Positions 9,313 through 18,365 of a DNA stretch of 53,407 bases are shown here, piece by piece; position 1 is the stretch's first letter; every line of letters starts with the position of its first letter. The DNA lies in IMG/VR virus record IMGVR_UViG_3300036859_000475, positions 1-53,407 of that record. One strand, written 5' to 3'. Both the position numbers and the translations under genes were made by a program. The DNA is from a virus. Lineage: Duplodnaviria > Caudoviricetes. Below the pieces are notes generated by a model. It worked only from the letters and a program-made list of their open reading frames with translations, was not told where the DNA came from and made no database searches.

Positions 9313-9899
9313 GGGAAGCCTGCGACGTGCTGATCTCCGAGGCCGAGTTCACAGCGCCTCACGCCGAATGCGCCAAGCCCCAATGGTGGACGGCTCACGA
9401 CTCGGAATCCACCGAGAACGAGGTCATCGAATTGCTGGCGGCGCTGGTGCGAGCCCTGCAGCCGGAAGTCGTCGTGGAGTCGGGATCGGGCTTCGGCTAC
9501 ACGACCGAGGCCATGGGTCAGGCTCTCATGCGCAACGGCCACGGCTGCCTGTGGTCTTTGGAGATCGATGGTGGTAGGGCGGCCGAGGCTCGTGGACGTT
9601 GTGTTGGTCTGCCGGTGGTCCTCGTCGAGGTCGACTCGCTTGACTGGAGGCCGGATCGCCTCGTCGACCTCGCGTTCTTCGATTCGGCCTACGAGGCGCG
9701 TATCCAGGAGTTCCGACGCTGGCATCAGGGGGGCTGGCTGCGCAAGGACGGGATCGCCTGCTTCCACGACACGACCTCTGGCCTTCGCGGCCATCATGTC
9801 GACATGCAGCGCGAGGTCGGACTGCTCACGGCGGCTGGCATGATTCGTCCCGTGTTCTTAAGAACTCCGAGGGGACTAGCGATATGCGAGATCCTGTGA
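9294..9899 (+). CDS. Class I SAM-dependent O-methyltransferase (Methyltransf_24-like)
   Basis: VVESGSGFGYT, SLEID, DLAFFD, ACFHDT. Confidence 0.85.
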   Translation: MSLDALREACDVLISEAEFTAPHAECAKPQWWTAHDSESTENEVIELLAALVRALQPEVVVESGSGFGYTTEAMGQALMRNGHGCLWSLEIDGGRAAEARGRCVGLPVVLVEVDSLDWRPDRLVDLAFFDSAYEARIQEFRRWHQGGWLRKDGIACFHDTTSGLRGHHVDMQREVGLLTAAGMIRPVFLRTPRGLAICEIL

Positions 9900-9924
9900 C
9901 GGAGGCCGACGAGGTACGGCCCTC

Positions 9925-10662
9925 GTGATCGTGGTCGGTGCCACGATGCTCATGGAGCGAGACGCTCCCGAACACATGGCGTGGCTGTCCCACGCCAAGG
10001 ACATGATGGCGGGGGCCGACCTCGCATGGTTCCTCGCCATCCAGTACGACCCCGGCGACGACCACAACTATTGGGATGCCAGAGCTGTGGCAGAGCGCAT
10101 GGAGGAGGACGTCGGCGTCCCGCTCGACTTCCAGCGGTTCGCCATTGAGGGACATCGCTGGACGACGCGTGAACGGCTCATCGGTATTACAATGGGACGC
10201 AACCTTGTTCGAGAGCACGCGCTGCGTGACACCGACGCTACCCACGTCCTGTTTCTGGACACCGACATCGAGCCCGACCCGGAATGCATACCCAAGCTGC
10301 TGGAGGTCGATCATCCGGTGGCGGGTGGAGAGATCCCGAGCTATTGCTTGTCTGGGTTGACCGTGTTCTGCTCAGGGGGACCGTCGCATCTACATTCCGC
10401 GGACGTCGACGGTGCCAAGGATGACTATTGCAAGCACTTCAGCTTTCCGACGGAGGAGCACTGGGATACTGCGGGGTTTCTGCTTGTGCGACGTGACGTA
10501 CTCTCTCAGGTCGCCTGGCGCTGGAATCCCGACGACGACATGACCGACGATCCGTGCTTCGCCCAGGACGTGGAGCGTGCGGGGTTCGGCAAGACGTGGG
10601 TGCGGAAGGACTGCATCGGTCAGCATCGTCCCCCGATCCTCGTGCCGGTCGAGGCCCGCTGA
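9925..10662 (+). CDS. GT-A fold glycosyltransferase
   Basis: RN...ATHVLFLDTD (DxD), AGFLLVRRDV, TDDPCF. Confidence 0.8.
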   Translation: MIVVGATMLMERDAPEHMAWLSHAKDMMAGADLAWFLAIQYDPGDDHNYWDARAVAERMEEDVGVPLDFQRFAIEGHRWTTRERLIGITMGRNLVREHALRDTDATHVLFLDTDIEPDPECIPKLLEVDHPVAGGEIPSYCLSGLTVFCSGGPSHLHSADVDGAKDDYCKHFSFPTEEHWDTAGFLLVRRDVLSQVAWRWNPDDDMTDDPCFAQDVERAGFGKTWVRKDCIGQHRPPILVPVEAR

Positions 10663-10829
10663 TGGACGTACTCGCCTGGGTGATCGTGTGGATCTTCTGG
10701 TCAGCACTTTGCTTAATAATTGTGATCGGAAGCATCAAGGACATCGGACTAGTCGGCGTCCTCTGCTTCCTCTGCGTTGTCAGCGCTACGGCATCTGTTG
10801 CATGGGCGCTTGTTCATCTGGCGAATTGA
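10662..10829 (+). CDS. Small membrane protein (lower-GC insert)
   Basis: Two hydrophobic segments; TGATG overlap. Confidence 0.6.
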   Translation: MDVLAWVIVWIFWSALCLIIVIGSIKDIGLVGVLCFLCVVSATASVAWALVHLAN

Positions 10830-10857
10830 TCTTCACCGTCTTGGCCATGCGCGTGCC

Positions 10858-12060
10858 ATGAAGGTCCTCTACGTGACGGCCGATCTCGGCGGCTGTCGTT
10901 GGTATCGCTGTCTGCTTCCCGCTTCTGAACTGGCCAAGGCGGGCCACGAGGTCCTCGTCGCTGGCCGCCTGATGACCGTGCAGGGCGGTGAGATCGCCGC
11001 GCCGGACCCGTACTGCCCGGACGTCGTGCAGCAGCGGGACTTCGACCTCGTCGTGCTGCAGCGCTGGATGCACCAGGAGGCGCCGCGCGTCATCGCCCGC
11101 GCGCGCTCCACCGGGCAGGCCGTGGTCAACGACGTTGACGACTGGTTCTTCGGCATCCCGACGGCCAACGCCGGCTTCGCCGGGACGCACCAGCGCACCG
11201 ACCCGACGCACAATGTCGGTCACTATCGCAAGGTGCTGGCGGCCTCCTCGGCTCTGACTGTTTCCACGCCCTACCTCGCCAAGCGCCTCGAATCTCTCGG
11301 TGTGCCGATCTACGTTCTGCGCAATCGCATCGACGTCGACCGCTACCCGCCGCGCGAAGCGTGGGACGGACCGCTGCGCGTGGGCTGGGTAGGCAACGTG
11401 AACTATCGCGCTCCCGGCGACCTTGCGCAGATCCGCGGCGTCATCGGGCCCTGGATGCGTGACCATCCCGAGGCGCGCTTCACGCACGTGGGCTCGGTGT
11501 CCTTCCTCAAGGACTTCTGCCATCACGACCTCGCGCGCTGGGAGCGTACGGCCCAGGTCTTCTGCGAGCACCTGGGTATAAATCGCGCTCGTTACGACGC
11601 GCGTCCCTTGTGCGCTATCGAAGAGCTGCCTGCGGCACTGAGTGAGATAGACGTGGCGCTCGCTCCGTTGGAGGATTGTCCCTTCAATCGGGCGAAGTCC
11701 TGGGTCAAGTGCGCCGAGGCCGGGGCGTCCGGTATCCCCTGCGTGGCCTCCAATCTCCCGGAGTATCGACACTTCGGCCCGACGGCGCTTGCTTGTAGCG
11801 CAGCGGATTGGCGTGCTGCCCTCGATGTTCTTGTTGATCCGGCCACTCGTACCGCAGCCGGATTAGCGGCTCACCGGCGCTCGGAGGAGCTGTCGATCTC
11901 GACCGGCTGGCCCGCCTGGACGTCGGCTTACATGCAGATCGTCAGTGAGGCGAGGGCAGCCCCCGTACTCGCGCCGGCGACGTCCAACGGGGAGGTGGTT
12001 CGTTTCCCGAAGCGGCGGGCAAGGGTCCGCCGCGACAAAGTGATTGACCCGCGCCCCTGA
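10858..12060 (+). CDS. GT-B fold (GT4-like) glycosyltransferase
   Basis: GCRWYR, DVDD, VSTPYL, RVGWVG, DVALAPL...FN.AKS.VK..EAGASGIPCVAS. Confidence 0.85.
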   Translation: MKVLYVTADLGGCRWYRCLLPASELAKAGHEVLVAGRLMTVQGGEIAAPDPYCPDVVQQRDFDLVVLQRWMHQEAPRVIARARSTGQAVVNDVDDWFFGIPTANAGFAGTHQRTDPTHNVGHYRKVLAASSALTVSTPYLAKRLESLGVPIYVLRNRIDVDRYPPREAWDGPLRVGWVGNVNYRAPGDLAQIRGVIGPWMRDHPEARFTHVGSVSFLKDFCHHDLARWERTAQVFCEHLGINRARYDARPLCAIEELPAALSEIDVALAPLEDCPFNRAKSWVKCAEAGASGIPCVASNLPEYRHFGPTALACSAADWRAALDVLVDPATRTAAGLAAHRRSEELSISTGWPAWTSAYMQIVSEARAAPVLAPATSNGEVVRFPKRRARVRRDKVIDPRP

Positions 12061-12072
12061 CGCCCTTACTCT
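12044..12072 (+). promoter_or_regulatory. Sigma70-type promoter
   Basis: TTGACC-17 nt-TACTCT upstream of 12103. Confidence 0.65.
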
Positions 12073-12102
12073 CAGCACGTCGGCCGACGACAGGAGCGCG
12101 CG

Positions 12103-12513
12103 ATGCCAACTCTCATGCTGCACAAGCGGGCGGACAAGTCCGGGGACAGGGAACCCGGCGCAGCCTGGCCGGTGTCCCACGTGGAGCTTCTCAGCGAGGT
12201 CCCCGACGAGTGGGCGTTCAGCGAACAGTTCGTCAAGCAGGGCGTGGCCGAGGGCTGGATCACCTACCGGGGCGACGGCGTGGACTACGAGGTGCACCCC
12301 GACCCGCTCGGAGCGATGGGTAACAGCGGGGAGATCACGCTCAAGCTCCCGGGAGACACGCTGGTTCTCAGCCTGGTCAAGGACGGCGAGCCGGTCGAGG
12401 TGGCCTACCTCATCCTCGTGCCGCCGGTGCCCGTGGGCTACAGGGCCGTGGACGAGAGCGAGCCCCTGGGCCTGCGTGCCAACCACGACTTCAAATGTGA
12501 GGCCGTCAAGTGA
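12103..12513 (+). CDS. Hypothetical protein
   Basis: RBS AGGAG; typical codon usage. Confidence 0.7.
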   Translation: MPTLMLHKRADKSGDREPGAAWPVSHVELLSEVPDEWAFSEQFVKQGVAEGWITYRGDGVDYEVHPDPLGAMGNSGEITLKLPGDTLVLSLVKDGEPVEVAYLILVPPVPVGYRAVDESEPLGLRANHDFKCEAVK

Positions 12514-12950
12514 GCGGCCTCAACGTCGTGGCCAACATCGCCCTCGGGCGCTTCGTGGAGAAGATCGCCGACGACGCGACCAAGATTCTAGTGTTGCTGC
12601 TGAGGGTGGTGCAGGCTGACGCCACATTGCGCGACCACGACGACCTCGCCGCCGCGCTCGGAGCCAACACCGAAGCGAACTTTACGAACTACGCTAGAAA
12701 GACGGGCATCACCGCCACCATCATTGTGGACGACACCAACGACCGCGTCGACGTGGACATTCCCGATCAGACGTGGCTCGTGGCTGGGGGCGCGACGAAC
12801 AACGGCCTCGTCAAGCTGGGCATCGCATACGAGGAGTCGGCCTCCGACGCCGGACGGGTTCCGCTGACGTGGCACACCTTCGACGTCACCACCGACGGCT
12901 CGGACCTCGTGGCGCAGATCGCGGCGGCGGGCTTCGCCCGGGCGAGCTGA
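12510..12950 (+). CDS. Putative virion structural protein
   Basis: TEANFTNYARK and DVTTDGSDL resemble small fibre-associated phage proteins; gene context. Confidence 0.6.
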   Translation: MSGLNVVANIALGRFVEKIADDATKILVLLLRVVQADATLRDHDDLAAALGANTEANFTNYARKTGITATIIVDDTNDRVDVDIPDQTWLVAGGATNNGLVKLGIAYEESASDAGRVPLTWHTFDVTTDGSDLVAQIAAAGFARAS

Positions 12951-12987
12951 GGTGAGGGCGGGCGACCCCGCTCTCGGGAGCTAGATC

Positions 12988-13389
12988 TTGTCCTCCACGC
13001 CGGCCTTCCCCGTCACTCCCCGCCTCGGCCGGGCCATCCTGTCGGCGGCCACTACCGACCGCACCGGGGCAACGACGCCGAACATCAAGGACATCCTGAC
13101 CGGGGCGGCCACCGGCACGCGCCTCGACGAGCTCGTGGTGCAGGCAGACGGCGACCCGGCCGACTGCACGATCCTGTGGTTCATCCACAACGGAACCGAC
13201 TACCGACTGTTCGACGACTGGGACATCGGGGATGCCGCCGCAGCCTCCACGACGGTGTCCGGCTACCGCGAGCGGCGGACGTACGCGAACCTGTGGCTGC
13301 CCTCGGCTTCCTTCAAGATCGCGGCCGCCATCACCGTCGCCCCCACATCGGGCAACGTCAACGCCTGGGTCCTGGGGGCTGATTTTTGA
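12988..13389 (+). CDS. Putative virion structural protein
   Basis: Thr-rich, beta-rich sequence; gene context. Confidence 0.6.
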   Translation: MSSTPAFPVTPRLGRAILSAATTDRTGATTPNIKDILTGAATGTRLDELVVQADGDPADCTILWFIHNGTDYRLFDDWDIGDAAAASTTVSGYRERRTYANLWLPSASFKIAAAITVAPTSGNVNAWVLGADF

Positions 13390-13871
13390 GTCTCGCAGAG
13401 ATTACGACGAAGCGTTGTAAGCGCTGTGGCTGTACTAAATCGCTTGATGAATTTCATCGGCATCCAAACCCCAAAGATCAGCGGCAAACGCGATGTAAGA
13501 GCTGTGCGCTCGAAGCTGCTAAGGAACACTACGCACTCAATCGCTATGACCGCATCGCAAAGCAGCGTATATGGGCAGAGGCCAATAGGGACAAGGCGCG
13601 ACGATATCGTCAATCCTCTAGTTTGCGGAAGAAGTACGGGCTCACACTTGAGGACTATGAAGGGATGTTGGTCAAACAGGATGGCAGATGCGCGATCTGC
13701 CAAACGCGGGAACCTGGAAGACGAAACTTTTGGTTCTGCGTGGATCATGACCACCTGACCGGCCGTGTTCGGGGATTGTTGTGTTGTGCCTGCAATGATG
13801 GGTTAGGTCGATTCCGTGATTCATCTGCGCTGCTTCTCGACGCGTTCCGGTATTTGGCGGCCGACTTCTAG
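13386..13871 (+). CDS. Endonuclease VII-type HNH endonuclease (putative free-standing homing endonuclease)
   Basis: KYGLT..DY..ML..QDGRCAIC, VDHDH.TGRVRGLLC..CN.GLG.F.D; N-terminal CxxC; lower GC. Confidence 0.9.
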   Translation: MSLAEITTKRCKRCGCTKSLDEFHRHPNPKDQRQTRCKSCALEAAKEHYALNRYDRIAKQRIWAEANRDKARRYRQSSSLRKKYGLTLEDYEGMLVKQDGRCAICQTREPGRRNFWFCVDHDHLTGRVRGLLCCACNDGLGRFRDSSALLLDAFRYLAADF

Positions 13872-13886
13872 TGCTCGGGTGAGCGT

Positions 13887-14588
13887 GTGCCGCTGCCCGG
13901 CCTGTTCGACGTAGTCCGCCCGGACGCCACGCTTCGACTCCAAAACATAGTGGTCTTGACGTCCGGCACGCGCTACGTCCGTCCGAAAGAAGTCTCGGCC
14001 CTGGTTGTGGAGGCAATCGGCGGCGGCGGCGGCGGCGGGGGTGGTGCCACTGCCGCAGTGAGTGCTTCGGCCGGCGGCGGGGGCGGCGGCGGGGCCTTTT
14101 CGCTCATCTGGATTCCCGACCCGCTGCCTTGGTATGCCTACGCCATCGGGGGAGGCGGGGCCGGGGGGGCGGCGGGCAACAATAATGGAGTCGCAGGCGG
14201 AGATACGACCTTCGGTTCACCATCGGTGTGCACGGCTAAAGGCGGTGCGTTCGGAGCGGGAAGCACCGCCGGCACGACGGTCAATCTAGCGGTTGGAGGT
14301 GAAGGCGGCGATGCTGCGCTTGGGGTCGGTACGCTGCTGCTCGCGGGCAGTGGCGGAGGATGTGGCACCACGCTCAGCGGATCCTTAGCCAACACCGGAG
14401 CCGGGGGTGCCGCCGGTCGGGGAGGGGGGATTCGCAGGGAGCGCACGGCGAGCGGTAACGGGCTCGCCGGCAATCAGTACGGCGGCGGAGGTGGCGGAGG
14501 CAGCGTGCTGAGCGGGTCTGGCGCCGCTGCCGGGGGCGCAGGTGCCGCCGGAGTCATCGTGATCTACGAGTACGGCCCGGAGTGCTGA
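13887..14588 (+). CDS. Glycine-rich fibre-like protein
   Basis: IGGGGGGG, TAKGG, YGGGGGGG, GAGAAGVIVIYEY. Confidence 0.8.
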   Translation: MPLPGLFDVVRPDATLRLQNIVVLTSGTRYVRPKEVSALVVEAIGGGGGGGGGATAAVSASAGGGGGGGAFSLIWIPDPLPWYAYAIGGGGAGGAAGNNNGVAGGDTTFGSPSVCTAKGGAFGAGSTAGTTVNLAVGGEGGDAALGVGTLLLAGSGGGCGTTLSGSLANTGAGGAAGRGGGIRRERTASGNGLAGNQYGGGGGGGSVLSGSGAAAGGAGAAGVIVIYEYGPEC

Positions 14589-15646
14589 TGGCGGGAACCG
14601 TCGTAAACCAAGGCCTGGTCGTCGACTCGCTCACCAACGCCCAACTGTTCGGTCTGCTGCGCCCGTGCGCCGTCACCGACCTGGCGCTGGTCTTCCAGCC
14701 CGTCGTCGTGTCCATCTCGCAGGCCCAGGAGACCGACACGGCCCAGGCGATCACGATTGCGCGCGTGCTGGCCGTCGGGCAGTCCACCGAGGCGGACGTT
14801 GCCCAGTCGGTCACTCCGCTTCGCGTCGAGGCAATCGGGCAATCCACCGAGAGCGACACGGCCCAGGCCGTGGCCGCCGTGCGCGCGGTGCCGCTCGCGC
14901 AGGCCGAAGAGGCGGATTCGGCGCGCTCCGTCGCGCCGCTGCGCCTGGAGCATCTGGGGCAGGTGACGGAGATCGACTCGGCGCAGGTCGTCACGGCCCA
15001 ACGCGTTCTGCCGACAGCCCAGGCCACGGAGAGCGACCAGGCGCAGGCTGTAACGCACTACAAGTCCGGCCGGGTGGGCACGGCCATAGAAGCCGATCTG
15101 GTCAACGCCGTGCGACCCGTGCGCTTGAAGGTCTTCGCCCAGGCCAACGAGACGGACGTGGCGCAGACGGTGCGGCCCGCTCACGTCCTGGGCATCGCGC
15201 AAGTCCTGGAAGCCGACGTGGCCCAGCTCATCAAGGCCGTCCGCGCCGTGTCCCAGGCCAAGGAGACCGACTTCGCGCAGATCATCACGCGCGGATTGGG
15301 GGGTCAGGCGGGGACGGCTACGGAGCAGGACGCAGCCACGGTGATCGTCGTGCTGCGCCGCCTCGGTCTGGGCACGGCTCTCGAAACCGACACGGCGCAG
15401 TTTCTCGGCCCGCAGCACCGGGTCGAATTGGAGGAGGCGGTCGAGGCCGACCTCGCGCAGACGATCCGCTTTTACGTCTCCGTGGGGCGGGCGCTGGAAA
15501 TCGACCACGCCATCGGGCTCGTCGTGGCCCAGGCCCGGTGGTCATTCGGCGCCCCGTTCGCGAAGTGGTCTGTTGGGCCGCCTCGCCTCAGCCGTATCGA
15601 GCAGGAGGAGCAAGAGAAATGGCTCGTGGGCCTGCCCGTCCTATAG
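14588..15646 (+). CDS. Tandem-repeat fibre-like protein (about 14 x 20 aa)
   Basis: Repeats of xxGQAxExDxAQxV. Confidence 0.75.
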   Translation: MAGTVVNQGLVVDSLTNAQLFGLLRPCAVTDLALVFQPVVVSISQAQETDTAQAITIARVLAVGQSTEADVAQSVTPLRVEAIGQSTESDTAQAVAAVRAVPLAQAEEADSARSVAPLRLEHLGQVTEIDSAQVVTAQRVLPTAQATESDQAQAVTHYKSGRVGTAIEADLVNAVRPVRLKVFAQANETDVAQTVRPAHVLGIAQVLEADVAQLIKAVRAVSQAKETDFAQIITRGLGGQAGTATEQDAATVIVVLRRLGLGTALETDTAQFLGPQHRVELEEAVEADLAQTIRFYVSVGRALEIDHAIGLVVAQARWSFGAPFAKWSVGPPRLSRIEQEEQEKWLVGLPVL

Positions 15647-15653
15647 TTGAGGC

Positions 15654-15959
15654 GTGCTGATTCTTTCGTCCCTTTCCTCGGAGTTCGTGAAGGTTCCCGT
15701 GCGGGCCGAGGAGAACGGTGCGGTCGTCAACCCGACGGCGGACGTAGTCGAGCTGGCGTTCGCCCCCGGGCTCACCGAGCCGGCCGGCACGGCGTGGAAC
15801 GTCGCCGAGTGGGAGACGGCCGGGGCAGACTACTTCGCCCGGATCGTCGTGGGTCCGCTGGGCGTGGTCCTGGCCGAGGGCGACTGGGGAGTGTGGGTCC
15901 GGGTGACCGACACGCCTGAGCGCCCCGTGCATCGGGCGGGGACTCTGACGATCACATGA
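15654..15959 (+). CDS. Small structural protein (BppU/Ig-like)
   Basis: GDWGVWVRVTDTPERPV..AGTLTIT. Confidence 0.6.
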   Translation: MLILSSLSSEFVKVPVRAEENGAVVNPTADVVELAFAPGLTEPAGTAWNVAEWETAGADYFARIVVGPLGVVLAEGDWGVWVRVTDTPERPVHRAGTLTIT

Positions 15960-16555
15960 GCCCGATCACGCCCGTGCCGATCCTGACCGTCCCCGAGCTC
16001 GAGCGCTACATGAGGGCGTGCTTCTCGGAGGAGGACAACGTAGAGGCGGCGGTCGTAATCGCCGCCGTGCAGTCCGAGCTGGAGGCCAAGCTCGGGCGGC
16101 CTGTCATGGTACGCAGCTTCGTGGACGTCATCGATCTAGGCCGGCCCGCGTGGAGCGAGTTCGTTTTCCTACGTCCGAACCTGTACCTGCCCAACACGCC
16201 GGTCAAATCCGGCACGCTCGTCGTCGAGGCGGACGGCGTCACGCAGGATCTCTCGGTTGAATGGGTGCGCACCTGGGGTATTCGCGACTATCGCGGGGCT
16301 ATCGGGACGGACGGCACCGTGACCGCCACCTACGACGCGGGATTCGACGGCCGAGCGACGGCCAACGCTGCGCTCCTACTAGCCGTCAAGCGCGCCGCGC
16401 AGCGGGAGATGAGCTGGCGTGAAGATCAGACACAGGGCACGAAGCGAACCTCAGACGAGGGCTACTCCGTGGAGTCCGTGCAGCCCGAGGGCTTCTTCAC
16501 CGCCGCCGAGCTCAACGGGCTCTCCCGTTACCGCCGCCGGCGGGTGAGCGCGTGA
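15956..16555 (+). CDS. Head-tail adaptor
   Basis: Position; LxxPV, VTATYDAGF, C-terminal LSRYRRR. Confidence 0.75.
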   Translation: MSPITPVPILTVPELERYMRACFSEEDNVEAAVVIAAVQSELEAKLGRPVMVRSFVDVIDLGRPAWSEFVFLRPNLYLPNTPVKSGTLVVEADGVTQDLSVEWVRTWGIRDYRGAIGTDGTVTATYDAGFDGRATANAALLLAVKRAAQREMSWREDQTQGTKRTSDEGYSVESVQPEGFFTAAELNGLSRYRRRRVSA

Positions 16556-16899
16556 GGCTGGACCGCTTCGTGCTCGTGATCGAACGCGACGGCGAATCGC
16601 AGTCCAGCGACGCCGAGGGCGTCCCCGTCATCGAGCCCATGTCGAGCACGCGCGTGCGCGGCTCGCTGTCCATGCTCTCGGCGCGCGAGGCCTTCCGCGC
16701 GCAGCACTTCGGCGAGCACATCGAGGCGGCCGCCGGGGTGCCCAACGGGACGGCCGTGGACCACCGCGACCGCGTCGTGCTGGACGAGGCGCTGAATCCC
16801 TGCGCGCCATCACAGCTCGTCGGTTCATGGACGGTGGAGGCTGTGCGGCACACCCGGCCGCGACTGCGCTTGCTCCTGCGCCGGAGCGCGCACCCCTGA
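16552..16899 (+). CDS. Head closure (stopper) protein
   Basis: Size and position. Confidence 0.6.
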   Translation: MRLDRFVLVIERDGESQSSDAEGVPVIEPMSSTRVRGSLSMLSAREAFRAQHFGEHIEAAAGVPNGTAVDHRDRVVLDEALNPCAPSQLVGSWTVEAVRHTRPRLRLLLRRSAHP

Positions 16900-18365
16900 T
16901 GCCCGACGACGTCTTCACGCGGGCAGGCCACAACATCGGCGTCGTGCTGCGCGCGGGCGTGGAGAAACCCGAGCCGCTCTTGAGCAAAATTGGCATCGAG
17001 CTGGTGAACCGCATCCGCGTCATCCTGAGCCAGCCGGGCTCTGGGCGGACCTACGCGCGCAGGGGAGTCGTGCACGCGGCCTCGGCCCCGGGCGAGCCAC
17101 CGGCCACCGACACAGGAAAGTACAAGACGTCCTGGGACTGGCGCATCGACGGATCGGTCCTGAGCGTCGGCACGCCGGATGTGCGCGGTTGTCTGCTCGG
17201 AAGCCATCATCATCGCGTGACGACGACGCGCGGGAGCGTGCCGATCGGTCAGATCGCCGCCGGGGACCGCGTTCTTACCCAGACAGGAGAATGGCGCACC
17301 GTAGTCGGAACCAGTCGCTACAAGGCCAGTGAGAAGCCGAGCATGGTTACGCTGCGCGTGCAGGAAAGCGAGAGAGTTCAGCATCGACTTGAACTCACCC
17401 ATGATCATCGGGTGCTCGTTGGTCGTGATGACCATAATGCTTGGATACCGGCTGGTCAGCTTCGCGTTGGAGACAATGCATATATTCGAGTGAGGCGGCC
17501 GACCAATCAGGTTCACTGGTCATGCGTCAATTGCGGAGGGCCTCGCAGGTATCATCAGGGACGCGCCCAGCGGTTTTGCTCAACGTCTTGCCGAACGACG
17601 TTCTATTGCAGAACTGGAACCAACCCTTCCATCGGGACTCGACGTACTTCGGCCGCTCGTCTCAAAATGAGGTTGCGCGCGTTGGCCAAACTCAAGGCCA
17701 GGCCTGAGCTGCATCCGTCGCGACTCGTAGCAGCCAGGGGCTACCAGACGAGCTACGAGTCCCAGGTAGAGAAATGGCTGGACGCACGGGGCGTGAATTA
17801 TGAAAAACAGGTGCCCATCGGCTCCTGGATCGTGGACTTTCTTCTCGTGGACCGATTGGAGATCATCGAGGCTGACGGAGCCTACTGGCATCAGGATCAA
17901 GCGCGCGATCTGGTTCGTGATGCTGGCTTGCTGGCGGCTCTTCCGGGGGCGCGCATTACGCATTTGCACTTTCACGATCCCCGGTTCACGCCAAATCTCG
18001 ATCCCGAACCTATGCCTGGAGTAACCTACGTCATCTGCAATCCCGGCCCGAGTTCATATGTTGACGGAACAGAATTTCGTCCAGCCTCGGTTGTGGATGT
18101 GGAAGCCTGGACGTATGAACCTAGTTCGCATCCGCGGGCAAGTGACAACGCTATGTTGTACGACATCTCGGTCGAAGGTGTTCACTCTTTTTTGGCCAAT
18201 GGCGTTCTGATCAGCAACAGCTGGCTTGAGTTTGGAACTTCGCGCATGGCACCGCGTCCCCACCTGCGCCCGGTGGTGGAGGGCGCCCGCGAGAAGATCA
18301 CCGAGCTGTTTGCCAAGGGCATTGCCGAGATACAGGAGCGAACGATCAGGACCCTGCGCGCATGA
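16899..18365 (+). CDS. Neck/tail-completion protein (HK97 gp10-like) interrupted by an intein
   Basis: Exteins ASAPGEPPATDTG and WLEFGTSRMAPRPHLRP; spliced product 145 aa. Confidence 0.85.
   Translation: MPDDVFTRAGHNIGVVLRAGVEKPEPLLSKIGIELVNRIRVILSQPGSGRTYARRGVVHAASAPGEPPATDTGKYKTSWDWRIDGSVLSVGTPDVRGCLLGSHHHRVTTTRGSVPIGQIAAGDRVLTQTGEWRTVVGTSRYKASEKPSMVTLRVQESERVQHRLELTHDHRVLVGRDDHNAWIPAGQLRVGDNAYIRVRRPTNQVHWSCVNCGGPRRYHQGRAQRFCSTSCRTTFYCRTGTNPSIGTRRTSAARLKMRLRALAKLKARPELHPSRLVAARGYQTSYESQVEKWLDARGVNYEKQVPIGSWIVDFLLVDRLEIIEADGAYWHQDQARDLVRDAGLLAALPGARITHLHFHDPRFTPNLDPEPMPGVTYVICNPGPSSYVDGTEFRPASVVDVEAWTYEPSSHPRASDNAMLYDISVEGVHSFLANGVLISNSWLEFGTSRMAPRPHLRPVVEGAREKITELFAKGIAEIQERTIRTLRA
17190..18218 (+). 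mobile_element. Intein (343 aa) with Zn-finger and DUF559/Vsr-like endonuclease
   Basis: Starts CLLG; block B THDH; ends LYDISVEGVHSFLANGVLISN with +1 Ser; internal QVPIGSWIVDF...IEADGAYWH. Confidence 0.9.

Noticed and set aside
14020-14550. GGC runs as a DNA repeat element
   Set aside because: Explained by poly-Gly codons of the glycine-rich protein.
14700-15520. 60-bp periodicity as a CRISPR-like array
   Set aside because: A protein-level repeat with diverged DNA; no constant repeat and unique spacer structure.
15853-15860. GTCCGCTG copies at 15853 and 45204, and one-mismatch copies mid-gene (33925, 34281, 34968)
   Set aside because: Not at gene junctions and compatible with background frequency; excluded from the junction-motif count.
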